Shown: one piece after another, positions 37,271-49,797 of the stretch
Layout: each line of letters opens with the position of its first letter
Position numbering within the stretch: the stretch's first letter is position 1
NCBI RefSeq assembly: GCF_004010195.1
Contig: NC_057719.1
Location: 33,965,981 to 34,029,980 of the forward strand
Direction of reading: 5' to 3'
DNA from: Chiloscyllium plagiosum
Lineage: Eukaryota
Length of the DNA: 64,000 nt
Made by a program: the position numbers and the translations under genes
The notes under the pieces: model-generated
The model's input: only the letters and a program-made list of their open reading frames with translations
Told to the model about the DNA's origin: nothing
Databases searched by the model: none

Positions 37271-38024
37271 TCCCATATTGCTACTACAGTAGAAGGAAAA
37301 AAAACAGTAAACTTGCAAACAAAGCATAGTAGTTCACCTGATCTTTTAATAACTGTGAGATACTATGAAGTGTTGTATAACTGACATTGCAGTACCAGTA
37401 TGACTGGTGCATGCATTTCTGAGTATTATTGAAGATGCACTGCAGAAATTCATTTCTTTCTTTCTTCACTCAAGTCCTTATGACATCATCAGATTAGGTG
37501 AGCTTAATGCATTCTCAAACATTAACTCTTTCAGAATCATTACCTTTCTTGGACAGCACTTTCCAAAGCTACAACCACTCCCATACGGATATAATATATC
37601 ACCATACCTTGACTGTTACTTGGTCATAAACCTCCTTAATAGCATTGTTGGTGCACCTGCACAAAATGGATTACCCCAGTTCAAAAAGTCAGTTCCCCAC
37701 CTCCTCAAGGAATGGACAATGAAAACTGGCCCAGCCAGTGACATCCACATCCCATGAATAATTAAAACAATAATTAGTACTTTGCTTAGAAAGTGAAGCA
37801 TACCACTCTTCACAAGACAGAAGAACAGATAGAATGTGTAAAAATAATCCTGAGTTTGTCCTCTTACTCGAAATTCAATTGGAGCTGTATGCTTCTGGGG
37901 AACTCTGAATGCAAGTGAAGAATCAGCAAATTTCTGCTGGTGTTGGCAGATGGGACCCAAGTAAAGGTGGGTCTCATTTTTCTGTGCAACTGGGTCGCCT
38001 TCTCACTGGAAGGGTCAAGATTAC

Positions 38025-38592
38025 ACTTGTGCTGGAAAAGCACAGCAAGTCAGACAGCATCCGAGGAGCAGGAAAATCGACATTTTGGACAGGAGCTCTT
38101 CATCAGAATTGAGGCTGGGAGCCTCCAGGGTGGACAGGTAAATGGGAGGGGGGTGGGGCTGGGGAGAAGGTAGCCAAGAGTGCAATAGTGAATGGAGGTG
38201 GGGTTGAAGATGATAGGTCAGAGAGGAGGGTGGAGCGGATCAGTGGGAAGAAAGATAGACAGGTAGGACAGGTCATGAGGATGGTGCTGAGCTGGAAGGT
38301 TGGAACTGGGGTAAGGTGGGGGAGGGGAAATGAGGAAACTGATGAAGACAACATTGATGCCCTGGGGGTTGAAGTGTTCCGATGAGGCGTTCTTCCTCCA
38401 GGTGGTGAGGGAGCGGCGGTGGAGGAGGCCCAGGACCTGCATGACCTTGGCAGAGTGGGGGAGGGAATTGAAATGTTGGGCCATGAGGCGATGGGGTTGT
38501 TTGGTGCAGGTGTCCCGAAGATGTTCTCTGAAGTACTCTGCAAGTAGACGTCCTGTCTCCCCAGTGTAGAGGAGACCGCATCGGGAGTAACT
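38025..38592 (-). mobile_element. Penelope 3' fragment (GIY-YIG and terminus)
   Basis: SRCGLLYTGETGRLLAEYFREHLRDT..PQGINVVF, then the terminus with CTGATGA-A-GAGC..AAAATGTC. Confidence 0.92.
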
Positions 38593-40998
38593 GGAAGGCA
38601 CAATTACTGGGATGTCTTGCAGCAAGATAATTCAATCCAGCCTGTTTTGGAGACTCTGGAGTCCTTGGTTTCATATATAAGTAAGAGTGTTCTATTTTTC
38701 ATTTGTAACCTCCAAAATACAAGCATAAAAACCATTATCAGTCTTATTTAAGTAGAACAAAGATGTGTCAATATCCCACAGCATATGTGTGTGCTTTTCT
38801 GTAAGATGCAATCATTTCCAAAGTTTACTCTTCTACAATATTTTACATAATCTATTGTTACTAACACTTCTGTGCAAATTTATGTTTGCTAGAAAGACTA
38901 GAGTAATATTTGATTCATTAGTTACGTGGTAGTGGACATTATCACTATTGGACAGCATTTTTCATTTCTCCAGGATTATTGGAGCAGATTAGCTCAATTA
39001 TCAGACAGATAATTGTGACATTTCAATGACAAACACAACAAAGGAGTTTAAAATCACTTTCACCGAGAAGTAAATTTCATTGACTGCTTTTGCTGAGTCA
39101 TGAATTTGCTGAAATTTTTAACTTGTCAATCCAAACATGCAAGAATTATACTCCATGAAAATATGATTTAAAAATTGGTAGTGAAAACCTCTCCAATTTT
39201 CAACAATACAGATGGTAGTGTAATGACAGCATGAACAAGACAAATTTGCAGAGCGAGGTTGGGAATGATGTTGAATAAAAAGCAGAAAAAACTGCAAGCA
39301 CTCAGCCATTAAGCCAGTGTTTGTGGAGAAAGGGAAGGAATCAATATTTTAAATATATGCCTTCAAATGTGAATGCAAGAAATTGTCAAAAGGAGAAGAC
39401 CAGATCCTTTATCAAATCTCACCAATGGTCATAACTAGATGCTTCCTATACACACACTGTCTCACCCAGTGCACCACCTTTCACCCAACTCAACAATGCC
39501 CCTTCCTTAGAAAACTTCAACACAAACCTCTTTATTCTCCTAGATCCTTTTTGAAAGTTTTATTTCCAATCAATAAGAAATACAAGGTCAGTTGGACAGT
39601 TACTTCATGTAGTGCCAACATCCATATATCTTTGCTAAGTTACAATGTTCTTATTTAAGTTGAGCAACGAGGTTTGCTGTCACAGCTACGGGCAGAGATG
39701 AAAAGTGAGATTACTAGCAACCAAGAAACAGAGTAAATACATTGTAAAGGTATTTCAAGTCTTTGTCAGTCCTGATCAATGATGCAGAAGCAACTTGAAG
39801 CAAATGTATTTGCTGCTGGATCACTGATGCTTCTATGCTGTATAATGAAAAAGTAAACTGTGTTAGTGAAGGTCAGAAATCCAATACATTTTATTTAGTA
39901 ATCAGTTTATTTCAGAGAATGAAGTAAGGCAAGTGCATTGTTTAATGGTAGGTCTCAAATGGAAGAACTACCATCTGCATTCAACTCCAATGCACAAGAA
40001 TTGTACTTAATTTAATTGGTGCATTTGATAAGGATTTGCAGTAGAGCCTTGCCATGTGTTTAAGCGTTAATGAGGTAAGATGCCTAAGCATGTGCAATGC
40101 ACTTTGATGCAATAGATTCTATGCAAATGAGCTATAAGTCTTATAAAAGCAAAAATATTGCAGATGCTGGAAATATAAAACAAACACAGAAAACACTGGA
40201 GAAGCTCAGCAGGTCTGGATATATTTGTCTCTAACTAAGAAAGATGGACCAGCAGGCCTGCTGAGTTTCTCCAGTATTTTCTTCTTTTTAGTGCCACTCA
40301 ATGTGTAACAAAGCTGGTGCTAAGGATGAGATATGTGAAAGTCAGCATGTCCAGGATCAACTCAATGGTCCAGGAAGTCTGATTAAACACGTATATGTTT
40401 TCATATGTGTTATTGCGTAAAAATGTGTATGTTTGCATAAGCAGAGTGGGTGCAGTCAGGTCTATATTAAAGCTGATGATGAGACATTTGCCTTAGCCCA
40501 CAGTCCCTAAAGCGCCAGTAAACCGAGTTAAGCAAGTGGAAGCAAAAAAAAACTCTTTACTGGTGAGAACTTTCCAAGGCTGTGGGATAGAACAAATTCT
40601 AAACAATGGGATCCAACCGTTACTTCTTTCTCTGATTTATCACAGGACATTATCAGCCAGTGGTTTTGGAGAATGTTTTCTCTTCAACTGATTTACTGTT
40701 AAGGACATCTGCTGTGAAGTGCCTATTATGTCAGTGCTGAACTTAAATGGGGCAACAAAGCTACACTCATAAAGGTGTTAAAACATACCTACTTTGTACA
40801 ATGTAAGAGTGGCCATGTTTTTCAGAGCTAGTAACATTTTGGAACTTGAATGTGGACATGAAGAGATCAAAACTCAGAATAAACCAATTCTTGAGCTCAA
40901 GAAAGCAATTTGTTAATAGATATTGGTCCAAAAGCGTAAGACAAACCAACAAATCTTCCGACACCCAACAAGACCAAAGCTGGCTCATTCAAAACAAT

Positions 40999-41103
40999 GT
41001 CTAGATTAGAGTGGTGCTGGAAAAGCACAGCAGGTCTGGCAGCATCCGAGGAGCAGGAAAATCAACGTTTCAGGCAAAAGCCCTTCATCAGGAATCCCTT
41101 TCA
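40999..41103 (-). mobile_element. Penelope-terminus mini-element with 14 bp TSD
   Basis: TCATTCAAAACAAT at 40985-40998 and 41104-41117. Confidence 0.9.
41060..41095 (-). ncRNA. Minimal hammerhead ribozyme motif (family A, intact core)
   Basis: ATTC-CTGATGA-A-GGGC-TTTT-GCCT-GAAA-CG-TT-GATT. The AACGTT palindrome sits at the stem III position. Confidence 0.7.
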
Positions 41104-41539
41104 TCATTCAAAACAATTATGACTAAGTTGGGGGAGCATTTCAATTGTAAGTTACTAGAGACGGCTGAAAGCTACAAATGTGAAAGCAGATATCAGAAAT
41201 GTAGTGAAACATTTGGTCATTACATTGCGATAATGTAATTTGTTGAGAACTTATTGTACTTTGACATGCTCTTAGACTATGCTTTATCAGACAGATCAAT
41301 GTGTGGATTGCTGGATTGAAGAATTCAGAGTTTACTCATTGCATGGAGCTGGAGTCAAAGACTGTTGGGAATTCTGTCCCATCCAAGAAACGAGTATAGC
41401 TTTTGTTCACAGCTAGAAGATTTCTACCAAGTTTAAAGTGGAGTAGCGAGTTAGTAATGTGCTGATGGTGCCTGGTTAATGGTAATATTTTCTCTGTAGT
41501 GGCATGGATGTACCTGTACAGAAATGTCAAAGATTTTTT

Positions 41540-42280
41540 TGCCAAATGAAAGGCTATATTGTAACCATTGGCCAAGTAAAGATCAAAGCCTTTGACAAAG
41601 TTGCTCATGAAAACCTTATTAAATTGGGTTTATAACTTCCTTCCCAACAGAAGACAGGTTTTTTTGTATGATGTGAAAACAACCTTTCCTAAAGATGGCC
41701 TGTCTCAAGTGTCACAGGAAACTGTATTGAGAAGTTTACTTTGCTTGATATACTTGAATGAAATACCCAAAATGTTAAAAATAGCACGCAACTATTAACA
41801 GATGACTTTATAGAATGTGGATCAGGGAAAATTCATGATCATATCAATTCCCTGTAAGATGATTTTCTGGAATTATGACAATCGCAGGATCAATGAGAGA
41901 AGGCATTCAATGTCAAAAAGTCTTATGTCACATACATTACCATCAAAAAGGATCCAACAACAGAGAGCTTTGAGTTCGAAAAGCAAATTCTCAGACAGAT
42001 GGATACGCAAACAAACTTGGTCATTCATCTTAAATATAACCTTCAATGGGGATTCCACATTCAACAGAAAGCATTCAAAGCAAACAGGGCTCTTGTATAT
42101 CTAAAGAGGAATCTTTGGTATTGAAACAAAATATCAGGATTATAGTTTACCAAATATTTGACCATCCAGTCCTGCAGTGTGCATGTTGTGTGTAGGATCC
42201 TTTGCATGACAAAATATATAAATATGATTGAAGACATGCAAAGACATGCTGCATGATTCTGCATGAACTTGTTCAGGAAA
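41540..42280 (+). mobile_element. Very old LINE RT remnant
   Basis: KAFDKVAH..LNWVYNFLPNRRQV..VSQETVLRSLLCLIYLNEIP. Confidence 0.7.
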
Positions 42281-43574
42281 TAAACCTACCAATGTCATGT
42301 CCTTGATCAGAGATTGGGCGCTCGATTTTCCACTCCATGAGTTGACGAGTATGTTGACTTAATGAGGCAGAAGTCCAAGAATCAGGTTCTTGCTGTCAGT
42401 AAGCTTTAGCAATTGATCCCTCCATTTTTAAAAGATGAGCTCACTTTCTCATAATCAGATATCCAGATGGCCATCTGTGTGCATTTGCATCTCACTTACA
42501 AGACAACTCACTTGAATTAAGGCAAAATACTGTGGATGCTAGAAATCTGAAACAACCACAGAGAATGCTGAAAAAAATTGAGCAGGTGTATCAATATCCA
42601 TGGGAGAGAGAGAGAGACACACACACAGAGACTCTCCTGATAAAGAGTCATATCAGACTCAAAATATTTAACTATGTTTTCTTTCCATAGATGTTGCCAG
42701 AGTTGTTGGGTTTCTCCAGTATTGTGTGAGTTTGTTTCACCAGAATTAACTTCCCCTTCCTTGTTAACTTCAGCTCAATTGAGAAATCGGATGATTCAGA
42801 GCATGTCTGCATTAAACAAGCCTGTCCCTGTTTAACTTTGCTCTTCTTCTTCAGGGCAGGTGAGTATATAGCCTTAGAAACTTCCAGCAAAGCTTTTGTA
42901 ATTGTCTTTGTCTGCATTTTTTACTGTAACCTCTACAATAGCAGCAAGTGCCTGTTTACAAACTAAAGTAGGGCATTCCCTTGGCTATTGCTCCATTCAG
43001 CAGGAGAATAGCACTGTATCAGCTTCACCCCCACACTAGGCCGAACAGTAAACAAGGTTAGGCAGCAGCTTTTGTCCCTTAATGGCCCTTTAGCACAGAA
43101 GATAAGACTGGCAATTTATGGCTGAAAACAAAGCTTTAATGCAGAAACCCAGGCAGAAGCGTGTGATTGTGAAAAACAGTGAAGCATTATTAAAGTGAAT
43201 GGCAGGCATATGTAACTGAACAACAAGATGCCAAATCAACATCAACGGTATTGCATATGCTAGTAGCTTACACAGCAAACATAGTGTCTGCAGGTCATGT
43301 GTGAAAGGGAAAGGGAAAGCAAGGGTGGATTATAGTCAGTCAGGCATAACTTTGCAGTCATTCCAAGGACTACCATTCTTGGCCTAGTCAGTAATGACAC
43401 ACTCCATGAACAATGAAAAGAAGGAAAGCATTTGGAAAGAAAGTGACATGTTATTATTAAAAGAAAACACAATTTATTTCCTTTTGGTGAGGAAACAGTT
43501 CTGTGTATTCACACTATGATGTTAATAAACCAAAATGTCAAAGCATGTACAGTTCTCAATGATGCAATAAACTC

Positions 43575-44625
43575 ACAAACAGATTCAGGGTGAGCTTGCT
43601 AATTGGATACAAAATTGGTTTAACAACAGGAGACAGAGAGTGATGGTGGAGGGTTATGTTTTGGACGGGGGACCTGTGACCAGCAGCATTCCACAGAGGT
43701 CGGGGCTGGGTCCGCTTTTGTTTGTCATTTATATGAATGAGTTCAATGAGAATATAGAAAGCATGGTTAGTAAGTCTGTGGATGGTAGTATAGTGGACAC
43801 TAAAGGAAGTTATTTAAGATTACAGAGATCTTGATCAATTAGATCAATGGGTTGAAGAGTGGCAAATGGAGTTTAATTTGGATAAATGTGGGGTATTGCA
43901 TTTTGGTAAAACAAGCAAAGACAAGACTTATACAATTAAAAGTAGGGCCTTGGGCAGTGTTGTTGAGAGACCTAGGGTTTCTGGTACATAATTCTTTGAA
44001 GTTTGCATCATATTTGGATAAGGGGGTGAAGAACACATTTAGCATGCTTACCTTCTTTGCTCAGACCTTTGAATGTGGGAATTGGGATACGATGTTGAGG
44101 ATATATAGGACGTCAGTGAGGCCTCTTCTGGAGTACCGTGTCCAGTCCAGGAAAGGTATTATTAAGCTGGTGAGGGTTCAGAAGAGATTTATCAGGATGT
44201 TGCTGGGAATGGAGAGTTTGAGTTCTAAAGACAGGCTGGATAGGCTGGGACTTTTTCACTGGAGTGTAGGAGGTTCAGTGGTGACTTTATAGAGGTTTAT
44301 AAAATAATGAGGGTATAGACAAGATGAATAGCAGGTGTCTTTTCCCTAGGGTAGGGGATTTCAAGACTGGGGGTATATTTTTAAGGTAAGAGGAGAAAGA
44401 TTTTTACACAATTTGTTGTACGGAGAGTGTTTGATGTATAGAATAAACGTCCAGAGGAAGTGGTGGGTACGGGTACAGTTGCAATGTTTAAAAGACATTT
44501 AGATAATTACATGAATAAGAAATGTTTAGAGGGATATGGCAGGTAGGATTAGTTTAGTTTGTGATTATGACTGGCATGGACTGTTTGGACTAAAGGATTT
44601 GTTTCTCTGCTGTATGACTCTATGA
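43575..44625 (+). mobile_element. CR1 LINE 3' fragment
   Basis: PVTSSIPQRSGLGPLLFVIYMN, WQMEFNLDKC, VRPLLEY, and a CR1 tail TATGACTCTATGA. Confidence 0.92.
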
Positions 44626-44879
44626 CACAAGTGAACTGTCTATACTTTGTATCTTTTTTTTTAGCTATGTCACCTAAAGTAACAAGTAACAATGTACAAG
44701 AGGACATTAACCTCCAAGCTAAACGAACATGTTAAATCTCATTGAAATTAATGGGGCTGGTCAAAAGACATGAAGACATTGCATTTATCATTCAGATGGA
44801 GACTTCTCTTCCTAACTGTACCAGTGTGGTGGTTGCTTTTTTAAAAAAATGAACAGAATAATTAATACAATGTATTAAT

Positions 44880-45145
44880 TCTAGCCTTGGGTGCCTGTCT
44901 GTGTGGAGTTTGCACATTCTCCCCGTGTCTGCGTGGGTTTCTCCGGGTGCTCCGGTTTCCTCCCACAGTCCAAAGATGTGCAGGTTAGGTGAATTGGCCA
45001 TGCTAAATTGCCCCTAGTGTTAGGTGCATTAGTCAGGAGTAGATATGGGGAGTGGGTCTGGGTGGGTTACTCTTCAAAGGGTTGGTGTGGTCTTGTTGGA
45101 CCGAAGGGCTTGTTTTTATACTGTAGAGAATGTAATGTAATGTAA
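44880..45145 (+). mobile_element. 5'-truncated HE1-type SINE
   Basis: V-domain and (AATGT)n tail. Confidence 0.9.
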
Positions 45146-46334
45146 CATTTTCCTGCCCTTTCTGGAGGGAATGGAAACAAAACTACAGATGAAAAGAAAA
45201 GCCAGTAAGATGCTCCTGAGTTTCTACTGAGTGTTGGGTTTTAAAAACACAGGTGGCCTCTGACAGTCCCCAGCTTTACTCTCTTTCACACATGATAGAG
45301 TTAAAATGGTAAGTGCCCTTGTGGTTAGTCACCAACATAATTAGGGGGTGCCGTCTTTTAAAAGAACCTCTTGCAAATATTGGATGCTCAGTAGAAGTGT
45401 TTTATTTAGAAGTTGAGCGAGTGCAGACAAGGAGACATTACTAAATGTGGTCTGTTAGTGCTGATACCCCTAATTAAATATGATCATATTCATAAAATAG
45501 CATTTGTTTGCACATCAGAGTTGAATCACGTTGGAAGCCGACATAATTACATTCATTATCTTACTATTATAACTTTGTCCATAAACATTCAAAGTGATTG
45601 AGCAATTCCTAATTACTATTGTCTCTAGCTGCAGGTTCAATGTGTTAGCAACGTAGCCCAAAATAATTGTCAAGTTATAATTGTAGTTGTAATAATTATA
45701 AAATGCACCCTATTAACACAACTCTGAATTTGCTTTGGGTTTATTTAAATTATGAATTATGCTGAACTAATTGTCACCCATTTTAGCAAATCGCTAATTA
45801 TAGTCTGAGTATAATTAGATATTTTACATCAGATCAATATTATCACACCATGAACTAGTTTGAAGACTTCTAGAAATTTGGTTATGAAATTTGTAAAATA
45901 GAAACGGCAAGCATCCTAAGCTCCATATCCAGCCTCTCTCGCATATGAGATTATCTTAATGTAGTAATGATCAGATGCATACAACAAGCCATTCAAACCC
46001 TCACTTATATGTTGCTTTCTTTTCATAAGAACTGGAGCAACATAAGGCATTTCAGTCTCAGAGCGGATGTGCAAATGGGAAAACGTGGGAATATCTTCCA
46101 TTGTCTCATTGCACCACCTCTAGCAAATATTTCAATCCCACCTAAATTAAAGATCAACAGTATTTATTTTCAGCTTTTAAACTATCCCTACCGTGCTGCA
46201 GTTACAGTTAATGTTTTTGCAACCATTCTTTTGGTTTTGATTAATGGAGTATTGGCACCAATACTGGAGAGAAAGTAAGCAGTGTAATTTGCTTGGCCTT
46301 CAAGTAAAGTGCACTGGGACCAGTGTCTAGACTT

Positions 46335-46537
46335 ATGAATGGACCTCTTATATATTAGAGTTCAGTCTTCTCTGCACCTTTTCTGTTGCTGTAACACTAT
46401 ATTCTGCATTCTGTTCTATTATCCTGATGTACTTATGGAAGCTCTGATTTGGCTGAATAGCATGCAAACCAATACTTTTCACTGTATCTTAGTACATGTC
46501 ACAATAATAAATCAAATCAAATCAAATCAAATCAAAT
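46335..46537 (+). mobile_element. Rex-Babar/L2-like 3' tail
   Basis: CTTTTCACTGTA..GTACATGTCACAATAATAAA(TCAAA)n. An opposite-strand tail lies at 46655-46725. Confidence 0.7.
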
Positions 46538-47997
46538 AACAAGGGCTTTAAGTTAAATAGTGGGAGTAGGTTCATGTGAACATTTATTTGGAGAGTAAGG
46601 ATAAGGCAATAGTTCAGAGTAGCAATATGGGCAAAAATGATAGCCAGAGAGTGATGTGATTTGATTTGATTTATTTATTGTCATGTGCGTCTTGTTACAA
46701 AAATACAGTGAAAAGTGTTATATAGCGACAGACAGAGACAAAGTGTGCAAACCTAACAGTGCACCAACAAATACAGTCAAAATAGGGTTAAGAAAAGGAT
46801 CTTTATCTGAATGCATGAGCCATTAGCAGCAAGGTACATGAATTGCTAGCACAAATAGGGATGTGGATAAATACAAATCATATGATAACAACTACAGAGA
46901 CATGGTAGCAAAACAAGTGAGGATGGAAAAAGGAAGACTGCGGAAATTGTTTCCTTACACTTTGTTCAAGAATACAAGGCTGCGACACAAGCCACAGACA
47001 TTGACACTAATTCATTGCATCCATTTGTTTGTCCTGTACTATTAATGAACTGCTTTCATCTATCACACGTCATGTAATTTTCAGATCTATTTTGTTTGTA
47101 TGTCATAAACTGTTCCTTCTTTAAAATATTGCACTACCTTACGTACACGCATACATTCTTTACAGCCAATTTTGGGTGATCTGTGACTGCCAGACCTTAA
47201 AATATACAAATGGGTCTTAGGGATAGAAGTCACAGTGGTCAAGGTTACCATTTGCTTGAAATTTGAGAAGCAGCTGTCTTACACCGTACTGAAACAAGTG
47301 TGGTGAAGCTTTTAAGTCAAGGTAAGTATTACAATTGCATTGGCGTTTTCTAGAAAAAGACTGATTGAGACTCTGATTGAGAAAACAGGATATGTCTGAA
47401 ATTGGAGAGGAGTGTATTGGAGTTTACAAATGCATTCTGGCTTTTGAAGTTTTCAAAGAGCTTCAAAAAGGCAAGATTAGGTTAAAGAATGTTTGAGATA
47501 AATTAGCCTACGGTGCCTTACAGCTGAATAAAAAGTACAAGCAGTAAAAGGAATGGTGCAACAAATTGCAAAAGGAAAGTGATGGTTGGCAAAACAGCTT
47601 TGCTGATCTGCACAATCAGTTAAACTGGGAGCAGGAGACACATGATGGAGCAGGTTATACAACAAAATATTTAAACTAAACACTGGAACAGAATACTGAT
47701 TGACAGACAGAAAATGCCAGAGAAATAAAGGAATTAGAAAATGTAAAGTAGGCTGTGAGGGAATCAATTCAGTAACAATGTGTCACTTGCCCTGAAGCAC
47801 ATTACTGCTCATGTTGAATTAAAATCAGCTTCAGACACAAAACAGGCAACAGTGGACACTCATGGCTGCTGTCCCAAAAACCTGAGCAACCATACTGACG
47901 ACAGAACTTCCCCCTTCTGCTCCATCTCTCCTATTTAATGAGAAAATGTCAGTGTGTGCTCACGTGAATCAGGGAACAGGACAGGCTAACGCCAAGA

Positions 47998-48212
47998 AAG
48001 AATCATAGAATCCGTACAGTATGGAAGCAGGCCATTCATCCCATACTGACCCTCTGAAGTACATCCCACCCAGACCCAACCCCTCATCCTATTCCTGTAA
48101 CCCTACATTTCTGGTGGCTATTCTACCAAACCTACACATTTTTGGATTATGGGAGGGAATGGAGCACCAGAGGAAACCCACACGGACACGGGGATAACTT
48201 CAGACAGACAGC
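47998..48212 (-). mobile_element. Truncated HE1-type SINE
   Basis: Tail and V-domain remnants. Confidence 0.8.
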
Positions 48213-48419
48213 CTGGCCACCTCCTTCTTGTGGCAAAAAAAGGAAACTGTTAAGATCTCACATCAGGGATGAGTGAAAGTTGACCTTCAACAGGTTCTCC
48301 GAGCTGATGCTCCCAAAAGCTAAAGCAGGAGATGGACTCAAACATTATGACAAAGACTTACTCAAGACAATAGAGGCTGTCCCAGAAGGGAATGTGGACT
48401 TTCATGAGAGACGAGGTAA

Positions 48420-49052
48420 CGTCAAGCTTAGCACCCCAAGTTGATAGGGTTGTTAAAAAGGCATATGTTGTTTTGGCTTTCATTAAAAGGAGAATTGAGT
48501 TTAAAAGCCACGAGGTTTTTCTGCAACTTTTATGCATAGTTTGAGGCACAAAATGATATGGCAGCAAAGATGTCCACCACCACCATTCCCCAAATGACCA
48601 GGTGCTGTGTCTTACCACAAACGACGTGCAGAAAACCCTATGCAGAGTCAACCCATGTAAGGCTGCTGGACCAGATAACATCCCTGCCAGAGTGCTCACA
48701 GACAGTTTCAACATCTCCCTGAGCTGCACAATGTGTGCGGTGGCACAGTGGCTCACAGCACCAGGGTCCCAGGTTCGATTCCAGCCTTGGGCGACTGCCT
48801 GTGTGAAGCTTGCGCATTCTCCCTGTGTCTGCATGGGTTTCCTCCGGGTGCTCTGGTTTCCTCCCACAGTACAAAGATGAATGCACTACCAGCGGTGGTA
48901 CTAGAGTCAGAGATATTAAGGACATTTAAGCGACTGCTGGACAAGCACATGGATGGCAGTAAATTGAGGTATTGTGTAGATTGATCTTAGATTAAGATAA
49001 ATATTCGGCACAACATTGTGAGCCGAAGGGCATGTACTGTTCTATGTTCTAT
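48420..49052 (+). mobile_element. Composite: CR1 piece, Rex-Babar RT piece, HE1 5' half, CR1 3' tail
   Basis: QVDRVVKKAYVVLAFIKRRIEFKS (CR1), [23 protein letters not shown] (Rex-Babar-like), HE1 head and V-domain at 48738-48877, then NALPAVVLESE..(TTCTATG) CR1 end. Confidence 0.75.
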
Positions 49053-49797
49053 CAACTAAACACTCACAGAGACACCAAGGCATTTGCGAACAGTCTTTAT
49101 GACAACTCCCATACATGATAGAAAGGCTCACTACTTTGATTCCCTGAGCTTCAAGAAATGTTTTTAAACAATGTCCAGCTATTAGCCCATAATACGAGGG
49201 CCATGTGCAACAATTAAACAATAACCTGGGACTGATTAATTTATTATATTGGTACAGTCTAGGAATAAACCTGTGATGATGTTCCCTGAGTAACCATGGA
49301 AGTTAAGGCAATGGTCATCAACTGCCTGGTCAGAAATCTGAACCATCCAGGAAATTGGCGCGAAAAGGGACAACATAATACAAATGTTAGATTGCAACCG
49401 CATTAGCAATATGCCCATGACTACCACAATAGGCATAATGTGAACACTAGAAAAAAAACATTCTTTTCCCCTTGTCCTCTACAGTTGTGTCCTGAGATGT
49501 TGAGCAGACAAGAGAATGGAGATAACAATAGAGTTCGAGTAAAATAATAACAGAGATTTTCCTGTTGCTGCAGTGTTTCAAGTGCCAAGGTAATTAACTC
49601 CAGAATCCCCTTCATTATAGAATCATGCAATAGAGAAGAGCCCTTTGGCCCATCATTCTTCACCAAGTCTGAATCAGCACTGATCCCACTTTCCAGCACT
49701 TGGGCCATAGCCTTGAACATTATGATATTTCAAGTTCTCATCCAAGTCCTTTTTAATGGTTGTAAGGTTCCCACTTAAACCACCCTGCCAGGCAGTG

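Larger units (their letters stand above)
40830..41335 (+). mobile_element. Gypsy gag fossil
   Basis: After removing the 40999-41103 insert: SFKTIMTKLGEHFNCKLLETAESYK..RYQKCSETFGHYIA..ALSDRSMCGL, similar to Gypsy gag (EHF.PKPL.IAE.Y.F..R.Q..GES...Y..ALRDR.VCG). Confidence 0.65.

Noticed and set aside
47166..47321. Possible exon (TTTACAG..AAG|GTAAGT)
   Set aside because: Stops in all three frames and no other support. A non-coding exon cannot be excluded.
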